Source of the DNA: Candidatus Binataceae bacterium
GTDB taxonomy: Bacteria; Desulfobacterota; Binatia; Binatales; Binataceae
DNA length: 64,000 bases
Direction of reading: 5' to 3'
NCBI GenBank assembly: GCA_050011435.1
Contig: JBEKJC010000008.1
Coordinates: 75,941-139,940, forward strand
Part shown: one piece after another, positions 51,959-61,689 of the stretch
Layout: every line of letters begins with the position of its first letter
How positions within the stretch are numbered: position 1 is the first letter of the stretch
The notes under the pieces: model-generated
What the model was told of the DNA's origin: nothing
What the model saw: only the letters and a program-made list of their open reading frames with translations
Database searches by the model: none
Position numbers and translations under genes: made by a program

Positions 51959-52076
51959 TTGCTGGGGAACGCAAAACTATTATTTCCCGACACTGAAACC
52001 TCAATGAGGTTTCAGACTTCCCATAAGCATGATTGATGCTCGCGCTGCCCGGGTGGGCGGCCAAGTCCTGCGGAAC
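51959..52076 (+). repeat. Modular element copy H
   Basis: Palindrome at 51993-52015 plus an inverted R module; resembles the reverse complement of the A right end. Confidence 0.85.
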
Positions 52077-52150
52077 AGAGCGAGCGCTTTGAGGCAGACT
52101 TCATCTTAGGGAACGGGCTGGGGGTCAGGTTTTAGCAAGGAAGTGAAAAA

Positions 52151-53368
52151 ATGAGTCTTCCGCTTGAAGGAATCAGGGTCGCGGATTTCAGTTGGATCAT
52201 CAACGGGCCGCAGATCGCGCAATGGCTCGCGACCATGGGCGCCGAGGTGATCAAGATCGAGTCGCAAGTCTATATCGATATCGGACGCACCAATCCGGCG
52301 GGGATGGCCGATCGCGTCGCGGGGGTGAATCGCAGCGGCTTCTACCACGCGCTCAACTACGGCAAGAAGGCGATCAGCCTCAACCTGGGACATCCGAAGG
52401 GGCGCGAACTGGCGCATGAAATCGTGCGCCGCAGCGATTTCGTGCTGGAATGTTTTCCCGCTCCGACCGCCGAAAAACTCGGTCTGACATACGCCGAGAT
52501 GAAAAAGCTCAAGTCCGACATCATCATGATCTCGGTCTCGCTGCTGGGCAAAACCGGACTGGAACCGTCGAAGTGGGTCGGATGGGGTCCGATGGCTTGC
52601 TGCTTCGTCGGCATGTTCGACGCGCAAGGCTATCCGGGCGGACCGCCGCGCCAGACCGGCGGGACCTGGCCCGACTATGCAATTGCGTCATCGGTGGTGT
52701 TTCACGCGCTGGCCGCATTACGCTATCGCAATCGCACGGGCGAGGGCCAATGGATCGACGCGAGCATGGGCGAGACGGTGATCGGCCAGATGCACGAATG
52801 GTTCACTGACTATTTCATGAATGGGCATGATCGGCGCCAATGGGGTAATCGCGACGACGTGATGGCGCCGCACAATACCTATCGCTGCAAGGGCGATGAC
52901 TATTGGATTGCGATAGCGGTCGCCAATCAGGTCGAATGGGAGGCGCTGTGCGGCGCGATGGGAAATCCGGCGTGGAGCAGCGACGCCAAGTACGCCGATC
53001 AGCTCAGCCGCTGGAAGAATCGCGACGATCTCGATAGCCATATCGCGGCGTGGACGCGCGATCAGGAACATCTTGAACTGGCGGCGCGGCTGCAGCAGGC
53101 CGGAGTCGCGGCGGGCCCGGTGCTCGACAGCACCGAGCTGCACAACGACCCGCATCTGTGGAAATGGGGTTACTGGTGGAAGATGAACCATCATGAAGTC
53201 GGCGAGCGGATTCTGCCGGGGATGCCGGTGAAACTGAGTAATGTGCCGCAGCTCAACTACTCATATCCGCCCGATCTGGGTGAGCATAATCATGAAGTCT
53301 TCGGCGGCTTGCTCGGTCTCAGCGACGCCGAAATCAAGATGCTGATCGAGGAAAAGGTCATTTACTAG
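52151..53368 (+). CDS. Class III CoA-transferase subunit
   Basis: RVADFSWIINGP, GAEVIKIES, NYGKK, WPDY (Asp present). Confidence 0.9.
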   Translation: MSLPLEGIRVADFSWIINGPQIAQWLATMGAEVIKIESQVYIDIGRTNPAGMADRVAGVNRSGFYHALNYGKKAISLNLGHPKGRELAHEIVRRSDFVLECFPAPTAEKLGLTYAEMKKLKSDIIMISVSLLGKTGLEPSKWVGWGPMACCFVGMFDAQGYPGGPPRQTGGTWPDYAIASSVVFHALAALRYRNRTGEGQWIDASMGETVIGQMHEWFTDYFMNGHDRRQWGNRDDVMAPHNTYRCKGDDYWIAIAVANQVEWEALCGAMGNPAWSSDAKYADQLSRWKNRDDLDSHIAAWTRDQEHLELAARLQQAGVAAGPVLDSTELHNDPHLWKWGYWWKMNHHEVGERILPGMPVKLSNVPQLNYSYPPDLGEHNHEVFGGLLGLSDAEIKMLIEEKVIY

Positions 53369-53415
53369 TGTCCTGAGTCGTAAATTGGCTTACCAACGTT
53401 CAACACCCGAATTCA

Positions 53416-53617
53416 CCGTCATCCCGAACGCAGTGAAGGGTCTCGCGCGGCCCTCCGTGCGTAATTCAGTTGTTGAGGAGCGCAAAACTTTAGCTTCACT
53501 GAAACCTCATGGAGGTTTCAGACTTCCCGTTTGTAAGATGCGGGCTTCGCCATCATGATTGGCGCTCGCGTTGCTCGATCGCGCGATAGGCGCGCGGGGA
53601 CGCTCGCGATGCTCGGG
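53416..53617 (+). repeat. Modular element copy I with attached CGTC-type half repeat
   Basis: CCGTCATCCCGAACG... (53416-53462), then GTTGTTGAGGAGC, palindrome at 53499-53521, Q module and two inverted R fragments. Confidence 0.88.
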
Positions 53618-53695
53618 TGAGTGGTCACGCGGACGAGCTTGAGACGCGCCAGACTAGATATAGTGAGACAGCTTTGCAAGAGAGAGGAGTGACTA

Positions 53696-54880
53696 ATGGA
53701 CTCGCTAAAGGATAAGGCTTGCATCGTTGGCGTGGGCGAAAGCGCCTTCACGCGCGGGTCGGGCAAGACCGAACTGGGCCTGATGCTGGAGGCGTCCACG
53801 CGGGCGATTGCGGATGCGGGACTGAAGCCGCACGATATCGACGGCATCATCGGGCCGCCGCTGGGCGCGACCGCGGAGCATTTCGCGGCCAACCTGGGGA
53901 TCGAGGATTTGCGCTACGCGACCAGCGTGCACATGGGCGGCGCGAGTCCGGTGGTCGCACTGCAGAGTGCCGCGATGGCGGTAGCATCGGGGATCGCGAC
54001 CAACGTGCTGATTCCGTGCGGCTGGAATGGCTATTCGTCGAATCCGGTGCGCGGCGGCGGCGCCCGCGCGGAGACCGGTGAGAAGCCGATGCCGGCGCCC
54101 AATCCGTTGCAGAACACCATCAATGCGTTTTACCTGCCGTACGGCGCGACCGTGCCGGTGCAATGGTACGCGTGGCTGGCGACCCGCCATAAGCATCTGT
54201 ACGGCACGCCGTTCGAGGCGATGGGCGCGATCGCAGTGGCGGAGCGCAAGCACGCGCAGCTCAACGAGAAGGCGATGATGCGCGGGCGTCCGCTGACGCT
54301 CGACGACTACCTGGCGGCGCGCTGGGTCTCATATCCGTTCCGGCTCTACGACTGCTGCCTCGAGACCGACGCCGCCTGCGCGATCGTGGTGACCTCGCCC
54401 GAGCGCGCGAAAGACCTGAAGCATACGCCGGTGTATATTTCGGGCGTGGCCGAGGGCCATCCGTATCCGGCCGACGACATTCCGGCGCGACCCGACCCGT
54501 TTGTAATCGGGCTCACGTTTGCGGCGCCGAAGGCGTTCGCGATGGCGGGGGTCGCCCACAAGGATATCGACTTTCTGGAAGTTTACGACTGCTTCACCTA
54601 CGTCGTGATGCTGCAGATCGAGGCGATGGGATTCTGCAAGCGCGGCGAGGTCAAGGACTTCGTCACGGGCGGGCGGATCGAACTGGGCGGTGAGCTGCCG
54701 CTGAATACGCACGGCGGACTGCTCTCGGAAGCGCACGTCTGGGGCACCAATCATATCGTCGAGGCGGCGCGCCAGTTGCGCCATGAATGCGGCGCGCGCC
54801 AGGTGGCGGATGCGGAGGTCGGCCTGGTGACCGGTTGGGGCGATTTCGGCGACGGCGGACTCGCGATATTGAGGAGATAA
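53696..54880 (+). CDS. SCP-x/Ltp2-type thiolase-like protein
   Basis: [27 protein letters not shown]. Confidence 0.88.
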   Translation: MDSLKDKACIVGVGESAFTRGSGKTELGLMLEASTRAIADAGLKPHDIDGIIGPPLGATAEHFAANLGIEDLRYATSVHMGGASPVVALQSAAMAVASGIATNVLIPCGWNGYSSNPVRGGGARAETGEKPMPAPNPLQNTINAFYLPYGATVPVQWYAWLATRHKHLYGTPFEAMGAIAVAERKHAQLNEKAMMRGRPLTLDDYLAARWVSYPFRLYDCCLETDAACAIVVTSPERAKDLKHTPVYISGVAEGHPYPADDIPARPDPFVIGLTFAAPKAFAMAGVAHKDIDFLEVYDCFTYVVMLQIEAMGFCKRGEVKDFVTGGRIELGGELPLNTHGGLLSEAHVWGTNHIVEAARQLRHECGARQVADAEVGLVTGWGDFGDGGLAILRR

Positions 54881-54885
54881 GCGGT

Positions 54886-55302
54886 ATGGCCGAAAAAATG
54901 TACAAGCTTCCGTTGCCGCGCGTCGGTGGACACTCGGCGGAGTTCTACAAGTTCTGCAAGCAACACGAGTTGCGTTTCCAGCGTTGCACGGATTGCCGCG
55001 CGTGGCGCCATATCCCGCGCGACATGTGCGCGAAGTGCGGCTCCTTTGCGTGGGAATGGGCGCGATCGTCGGGGCGCGGCAAGGTCTTTTCGTGGACCAC
55101 CGCGATGCAGCCGATGATGCCGCAGTTCGCCGACAAAATCCCGTACAGCCCGGTGATCGTCGAGCTCGAAGAGGGCGTGCGCATGGTTACGTGGCTTACG
55201 GACGTGAAGCCCGACGAACTGAAGCTCGAGATGGCGGTCGAAGTCGTGTTCGACGACGTCACGCCGGAGGTCTCGCTGCCGAAATTTCGCCGCGCCGCGT
55301 AA
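54886..55302 (+). CDS. DUF35 Zn-ribbon/OB-fold protein
   Basis: QRCTDC...PRDMCAKC, SGRGKVFSWT, VELEEG. Confidence 0.9.
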   Translation: MAEKMYKLPLPRVGGHSAEFYKFCKQHELRFQRCTDCRAWRHIPRDMCAKCGSFAWEWARSSGRGKVFSWTTAMQPMMPQFADKIPYSPVIVELEEGVRMVTWLTDVKPDELKLEMAVEVVFDDVTPEVSLPKFRRAA

Positions 55303-55340
55303 TACTGCCAGCCGAACTGCGGACCACCAGGAGAGCGGCG

Positions 55341-56036
55341 ATGGCGATCCAGATGTACGATCTGGCGGGTGCCGAAAGCGACCGGCGCTTCAGCCCGTTC
55401 TGCTGGCGGACCAGGATGGCGCTGGCGCACAAGGGCCTCGAAGTCGAAACGATACCGTGGCGCTACGCCGACAAGCCGAAGCTCGTCGCGCTGGCGAATT
55501 GGGAGCGCGTGCCGGTGATCGTCGATCGCGGCCGGCCGGTGGCAGATTCCTGGGCGATCGCAAATTATCTGGAGGGCGCTTATCCCGATCGCCCGTCGTT
55601 GTTCGGCGGCGAAGTGGGCGTCGCGGGTGCGCGCTTCGTCAATAGCTGGACGGACGCGGTGCTCAACGCTGCCACCTCGCGCGTGGTCCTGCTCGATATA
55701 TTGAATCATCTGGAAGAAGGCGACCGCGCTTACTTTCGCGAGTCACGCGAGAAACGGTTCGGCATGACGCTCGAGGCATACGGAGCCGATCGCGACAGAC
55801 ATATTGCGGCACTGAAGCAGACGCTCGAACCGCTGCGCCTGACACTGGCGGGGCAACCGTATCTGGGCGGCGCGGCGCCGCTCTACTCCGACTATATCGT
55901 GTTCGGCACGATGCAGTGGGCGCGATCGATTTGTCCAGTGCGGCTCATCGATACGTCCGATCCGATCGACGAGTGGCGCAAGCGGCTGCTCGACGCGTTC
56001 GGGGGCCTCGCGCGCAAAGCGCCCGGCTACTGGTAG
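55341..56036 (+). CDS. Glutathione S-transferase, LigE/beta-etherase-like
   Basis: YDLAGA..RRFSPFCWRTRMALAHKG, VPVIVD, DSWAIANYL. Confidence 0.88.
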   Translation: MAIQMYDLAGAESDRRFSPFCWRTRMALAHKGLEVETIPWRYADKPKLVALANWERVPVIVDRGRPVADSWAIANYLEGAYPDRPSLFGGEVGVAGARFVNSWTDAVLNAATSRVVLLDILNHLEEGDRAYFRESREKRFGMTLEAYGADRDRHIAALKQTLEPLRLTLAGQPYLGGAAPLYSDYIVFGTMQWARSICPVRLIDTSDPIDEWRKRLLDAFGGLARKAPGYW

Positions 56037-56040
56037 GCCG

Positions 56041-59000
56041 ATGCGCTGCCAGCAATGCTCGGCGGACAATCCTGCGGGCGCGAAATTCTGCATTCAATGC
56101 GCGACCCCGTGCCTGCGCGTATGCGAGAAGTGCGGGTTCGAGAATCCGTCTGGAGCCAGATTCTGTGCGCAATGCGCCACGCCACTGGACGACGTGGCGC
56201 CAATTCATGCGAAGCCTGGAACGGGTGACGCCGGACTGACCGGGGAGCGGCGGCATCTGACTGTGCTGTTCTCCGACCTGGTGGGCTCGACAGCAATCGC
56301 CGCTCAACTCGACCCCGAGCAATGGCGCGAGACGGTGGCGGGGTACCATCGCGCAGCGGCGGAAGCGATCGTCCGCTTCGGCGGTTACGTTGCGAAATAT
56401 CTTGGCGACGGTGTGATGGCTTACTTCGGCTGGCCCGCGGCGCACGACAACGACGCCGAGCGCGCCGCCCGCGCGGGCCTCGCGATTCTCGACGCGATCG
56501 CGAAGCTCAACCAGCAGCCCGGCCATGCGAAGCTGTCCGCACGGGTCGGCATCGATTCGGGCACGGTCGTGATCGCCAAGGGCGCGAGCAAGGCACAGCC
56601 GCGATCACCGACGCGACGCATCGGCTGGTGTCGGGTCTGTTCGTAGTCGTGGATTCCGGTGCGCACGAACTCAAGGGCATCGAACGGCCAATTGAGATTT
56701 ACCGGGTGGTACGGCCGAGCGGGATGCGCGGGCGCTTCCCGGCGGTGGCGGCGATGCGCGGCATGACTTCGTTCGTTGGGCGCGAGGACGAGTTGCGCCT
56801 GCTGATGAACCGTTGGGAGCGCGTGCGTGAGGGCGAAGGTCAGGTCGTCACGGTTATCGGCGAAGCCGGGATCGGCAAGTCGCGCCTGGTGCAACGCTTT
56901 CAGGAAGAGATCGCAGCGAATCCGAATACCTGGCTGGAATGCGCGACGGCGCCATTTTTCCAGAACACGCCTTTTTACGCGGTCGCCGACATGCTGCAGC
57001 AGAGCTTTCATTGGGACGCCAATCAGGAAGTGGATCGGCGCCTGGCGGCCTTGGAAGCTTCGCTCGGACTGGCCGGACTCGACCCGAACGAGGCGGTACC
57101 GCTGATCGCGCCGCTCTTGGAACTGCCGGTTGGCGAGAAGTATCCGCCCTCGTCGATGGCGCCCGAGCAGCAGCGCAAGCGACTGCTCGCCACGCTCGTC
57201 GCGTGGACCTTCGGTGCCGCGAGAGCCCAACCAGTGGTACTTGCGGCCGAAGATTTACATTGGGCGGATCCCTCGACGCTGGAGTTGATTCAACTGCTGG
57301 TCGAGCAGGGCGCGACGGCGCGGCTGCTGCAAATCTACACGGCGCGGCCCGAGTTCCGCGCGCAATGGCCAATGCGGGCGCATCATACGCAAATCAATCT
57401 CAACCGGCTCAACTCGGGAAACGTGCGCACGATGGTGGCGCAAGTGGCCGCGAAGATTGCTTTGTCAGCCGAAACCATCGCGACGGTGGTCGAGCGCACC
57501 GGCGGGGTGCCGCTGTTCGTCGAGGAATTGACGCGAGCGGTGCTCGAAAGTGGTGACGCCAAGCTCATTGGCCGAGAGATTCCGGCCACCTTGCATGATT
57601 CGCTGATGGCGCGACTGGATCGGTTGGGACCGGCGAAAGAAATCATCCAGATTGGGGCAGTAATCGGTAGCGAATTTTCCTACGAATTGTTAAGTGCGGT
57701 CCATCCGATCGGCGAACTGGAACTGCAAGGGGCGTTGCGCATCTTGACCGACGCCGAATTGCTGTACGTGCGCGGCATCGCGCCGGACGCGACCTATCAG
57801 TTCAAACACGCGCTCATTCAGGATGCGGCCTACGAAGCGCTCCTCAAAAGCCGTCGCAAAGAGCTGCATCTCATTGTCGCCCGCACCATCGATGAGAAGT
57901 TCCCCGCAATCAAGGAGACTCATCCTGAGTTGCTCGCGCGCCACTGGACAGAAGCGGGCGAAATCGGACACGCGATCGCCGAATGGTCAAGGACCGGCAA
58001 AACCGCAAAAGCGCGAAATGCGTTTAGGGAGGCGCTTGAGGGCTACCAGCAGGCCGCGACTGTGCTGAACCTCTTACCTCAGTCGGCCGAACGTGACGAC
58101 CGTGAACTGGAACTCAGGCAATCGGTCGTCTCGATGCTTTCCATTACGAAAGGATATGCTGCGCCGGAAACGATTGAGGCTACCGAGCGAGCCACGGCGC
58201 TCGCCGAACGGAGCGGCAACTTCAAGCAGCTTGCCAATTGGCTGACCCAGAGAGGTTCCGCTCTCCTCGTCTCGAGCGAATTATCAGCCGCCGGTGCGCT
58301 TGCCGACCAGGCGCTAGAGCTTGCCATTAGGCAAGGGGATCCGATGAATCTCGGCCCGATCCATCAACTCCAAACATAACGCGTTACTGGCGCGGCGATC
58401 TCGACGGTGTTGAGAAGCATTTTGCAGCATGGCTCGCGTTCTTCAGTGATCGTCGCTTCGCCGAGTCGCCCCCATTAACACTGAACAATGCCGTAAACGC
58501 CCTCGCTTTCGCAAGCTACAATGCCTGGCTGCTCGGCCGAGTGGATGTTGCACGCCAGCGCGAGGCGCAGATGATCGCTGTTGCGAACCGAGGCAGCGTA
58601 TTTGAAATAGCGAACTCGGGATACCTCACACTCGCAATCTCCCTTGGACAGTACGAACGCGCCGAAGCTCTGGCAACTAGAACGATTCAACTAGCGGAGA
58701 AAAATCACTTTCCCAATCCTGTGGCCCGGTCACTAACTGTTCTTGGTCTGGCGCGAGCCCGTCTCGGACGCGCAAGCGAAGGTGTAGCGTTGATCCGGCG
58801 GGGCATAGCGGGCTTGCGCGAGATCGGAACTCGCATGGGGATTACCCAGACTATGGCACGCCTCGCCGAGGCACAGGGACTTGAAGGGAACATTCCAGAG
58901 GCGCTCGAGTCTATAGAAATAGGCCTTCAGGCGCTCCCTGACGAAGTAGTATTTCGACCTGAGATGCTTCGGCTCCGCGGTGAACTGCGCCTCATGCAGG

Positions 59001-59236
59001 GCGACGCGAAACTGGCCGAGGCCGACTTCCGCGAGGCAGTTGCGCTCGCGCAATCGATGAGTGCGAAGGCGTGGGAATTGCGCGCCACCACCAGTCTCGC
59101 GCGGCTGCTCGACAAACAGGGCAATCGCGACGAAGCCCGCACGATGCTCGCCGCGATTTACAACTGGTTCACCGAGGGCTTCGATACCGCCGATTTGAAG
59201 GACGCCAAGGCCCTGCTCGACCAGTTCAGCGGATAG
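56041..59236 (+). pseudogene. Double Zn-ribbon/adenylate cyclase/AAA ATPase/TPR protein, disrupted
   Basis: GERRHLTVLFSDLVGST, GDGVMAYFG, Walker A GEAGIGKS, WFTEGFDTADL. Split over three ORFs with breaks at ~56593 and ~58375. Confidence 0.85.
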
Positions 59237-60071
59237 TGAGCGGCGTGGTTTTTTTGAATTCGAGGGCGACCTCGCTCATGGTCCTGAAGGTTACGCCGTT
59301 GCGATTGCGCATGTGATCGACCAGCCGTTCGAGCATCAGGAGCCGATGGCCGCGGCCGATGCATTGGGGATGCATGGTCAGGATGAAAACGCCTTCCCCC
59401 AGCCGGTCATACAGGTAGTCGAAGTCGCCGACCCAGATTTCGTACATCTGCGAGGGTGAGTGAAGGCCGGGGATGACGCCGTGGTGGGTCATCACGAACT
59501 CGAAGGCGGGGAAGTCGTCGAGTCCCCAGGTGAAAGGCATTTCCACGAGGTTGGTCTCGCGGCCCCAGACAAAGGGGCCGTCGGCGGGCGCCTGGTCGCC
59601 GACGCGGCAGTAGTAGGGCGAGAAGTCGTTGCCCATCATGCTGCTGTCGTAGAGGAAATTACGTTGGAGGAGGCAATCGAGGGTAGCGGACGTCAGACCG
59701 GCGGCCGGCGATCGATAGCCGACGGGTTCGCGGCCGGTCACGCGCTTGAGCGCGGCGGTCGCGCGATCGAAATCGAGCGTTTCGTCGGCGGGCGTTTTGG
59801 CCTGTTCGTGGAAGTAGCCGTGATGGGCAATCTCGTGGCCCTCTTCGGCAATTTTGGCGACGGTGGTGGGAAAGGCGTCGGCGGTATGGCCGGGCACGAA
59901 CCAGGTCGAGCGGATACCCCATTCGCGCAACATCCGCAGCAGCCGCTCGGTGCCAACGCGGCCAAACTCGCCGCGCGAGATTGCGCTCGGAGACTTGGCG
60001 TGGAAGGTGCCGATCCAGACCGACATCGCGTCGAAGTCAAAAGTGAGACAGACCGAAATTCTTTTTTCCAT
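59226..60071 (-). CDS. Polysaccharide deacetylase (PuuE-like)
   Basis: LTFDFD, HEIAHHGYFH, GYRSP, YDSS, TMHP. Confidence 0.9.
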   Translation of the reverse strand: MEKRISVCLTFDFDAMSVWIGTFHAKSPSAISRGEFGRVGTERLLRMLREWGIRSTWFVPGHTADAFPTTVAKIAEEGHEIAHHGYFHEQAKTPADETLDFDRATAALKRVTGREPVGYRSPAAGLTSATLDCLLQRNFLYDSSMMGNDFSPYYCRVGDQAPADGPFVWGRETNLVEMPFTWGLDDFPAFEFVMTHHGVIPGLHSPSQMYEIWVGDFDYLYDRLGEGVFILTMHPQCIGRGHRLLMLERLVDHMRNRNGVTFRTMSEVALEFKKTTPLTIR

Positions 60072-60672
60072 GGCGGATCCCCCGAGGTCGCGCGGCGCAT
60101 AAATGAGGCGTCCCATCGTCTCTACAGCGATTGGCCGGAACGCGCAAAGTGCGCGGACGATGGCGCCCGGCAGGCCCATTGCGGGGGGTGCGGGTGAGCA
60201 GTCGCAAACGCTGTCGAAGAGGCCGGCGATCGAGTTCGCGCTCCGCAGTGTGCCGTTGAGAAAATCCATGGTGCACAAAGGTTTTGTCGAGTTTCGAGGC
60301 CGGCGCTAATACGACAGCGGCAGGTGAATAAGCGTTTACCGCGAACGCGATTAGGAATCGTTTTGCGGGCGGCGCGGGGTCGACTCCGCTCGCGGCAGAT
60401 TCGCTTGACAGGCGCGGCAACCATGTTGTAAGCCCTTGCAGAACTTTGGACCGGGGGTTTCAGGGAGGCTATTGAGATGCCTCGCCAAAGTGGCGAAACG
60501 GCACGGGCGCAACGGTGTCCTAACGGCGGCGCCACGGGCTGCGTCGCGCGTTATTACAGGTTTCCCGGCGGTTACGTTTTTGGAGTCGCGGAGGCGGCAG
60601 CGAATCTGACGGCGGCATCCGTGACTTCGCGCCCGCAGGCCTGATGGGGATCAAAGAGGCAGTAGAGGATTG

Positions 60673-61689
60673 ATGCATCGCAACAAATTCAAGACTTGGG
60701 CAATTGCCGTAGCCGGCCTGCTTGCGGTGGTGGCGGCGGGCGCGGCCGGAGCGCGGGCGGCGGTCGAAGGCGCAGCTCGAACGGGAGCGCCGGCGTGGCT
60801 GAGCCTGTTCGGCGTGGCGATTCGGCCCGACAACAACATTTTCATCGTTGGTTCCAAGGGCTTGCTGATGACGTCGAGCGATCAGGGCAAGAGCTGGTTG
60901 CAGCGCACCGTGAAGGAACGCGCAGGTTCGGATCTGTTTCAGGATCGCGACCTCTACGGGATTCGATTCAGCCCGGCAGGAAAGGCCGGATGGATCGTCG
61001 GTGAAGACGGCATCGTGATGAAGACCGACGACAGCGGGGCGACTTGGACCAGGCAGGAAACGGGAACCAAGAAGAACCTGTTCAACATCTTCGCCATCGA
61101 CGATCAGCAGGTGGTAGCGGTAGGCGCCGATGGCACGATCCTGCGGACAACGAACGGCGGCGACCACTGGGACGTGGAGAAGTCGCCCAAGGCGGTGTCG
61201 CTATTCGGAATCGTGTTCCTGGACAAGAATACGGGATTTGCGGTGGGTGAGTTCTCGACGATTCTCGCCACGACCGACGGCGGCCAGAGCTGGAGGTTGG
61301 CGTATGGCGGCAATACCACGGATTTTACCGTGGGACCGTATTTCTCGATCGCCTTCAGCGATCCGCAGCATGGCATTGCGTGTGGTCTCGCCGGCGATCT
61401 ATTGGTCACTGCGGACGGGGGCAAGAGCTGGCAGGTACAAAAGCTTCCCGATACGGTTGCGGCATACATCGTGACCGAGGATACGACGTCGAAGAAGTTG
61501 TGGGCCGCGGGAGCCGGAGGCCGGATGTTCGATTCATCGCAGCCGGGGCAATGGCAATCGCTGGATCGGACGGCCTTTTACGACATTACCGATTTGACAT
61601 TTGCGGGTAATCTGGGAGTTGCCGTGGGTTTGAACGGCACCATTTTGCTGACGAATAACGCGGGAGTTCAATGGCAAGCAGTTCAGTAA
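60673..61689 (+). CDS. YCF48/BNR-repeat beta-propeller protein
   Basis: Signal peptide and repeated Asp-boxes (SSDQGKSW, TDDSGATW, TTDGGQSW, TADGGKSW). Confidence 0.9.
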   Translation: MHRNKFKTWAIAVAGLLAVVAAGAAGARAAVEGAARTGAPAWLSLFGVAIRPDNNIFIVGSKGLLMTSSDQGKSWLQRTVKERAGSDLFQDRDLYGIRFSPAGKAGWIVGEDGIVMKTDDSGATWTRQETGTKKNLFNIFAIDDQQVVAVGADGTILRTTNGGDHWDVEKSPKAVSLFGIVFLDKNTGFAVGEFSTILATTDGGQSWRLAYGGNTTDFTVGPYFSIAFSDPQHGIACGLAGDLLVTADGGKSWQVQKLPDTVAAYIVTEDTTSKKLWAAGAGGRMFDSSQPGQWQSLDRTAFYDITDLTFAGNLGVAVGLNGTILLTNNAGVQWQAVQ

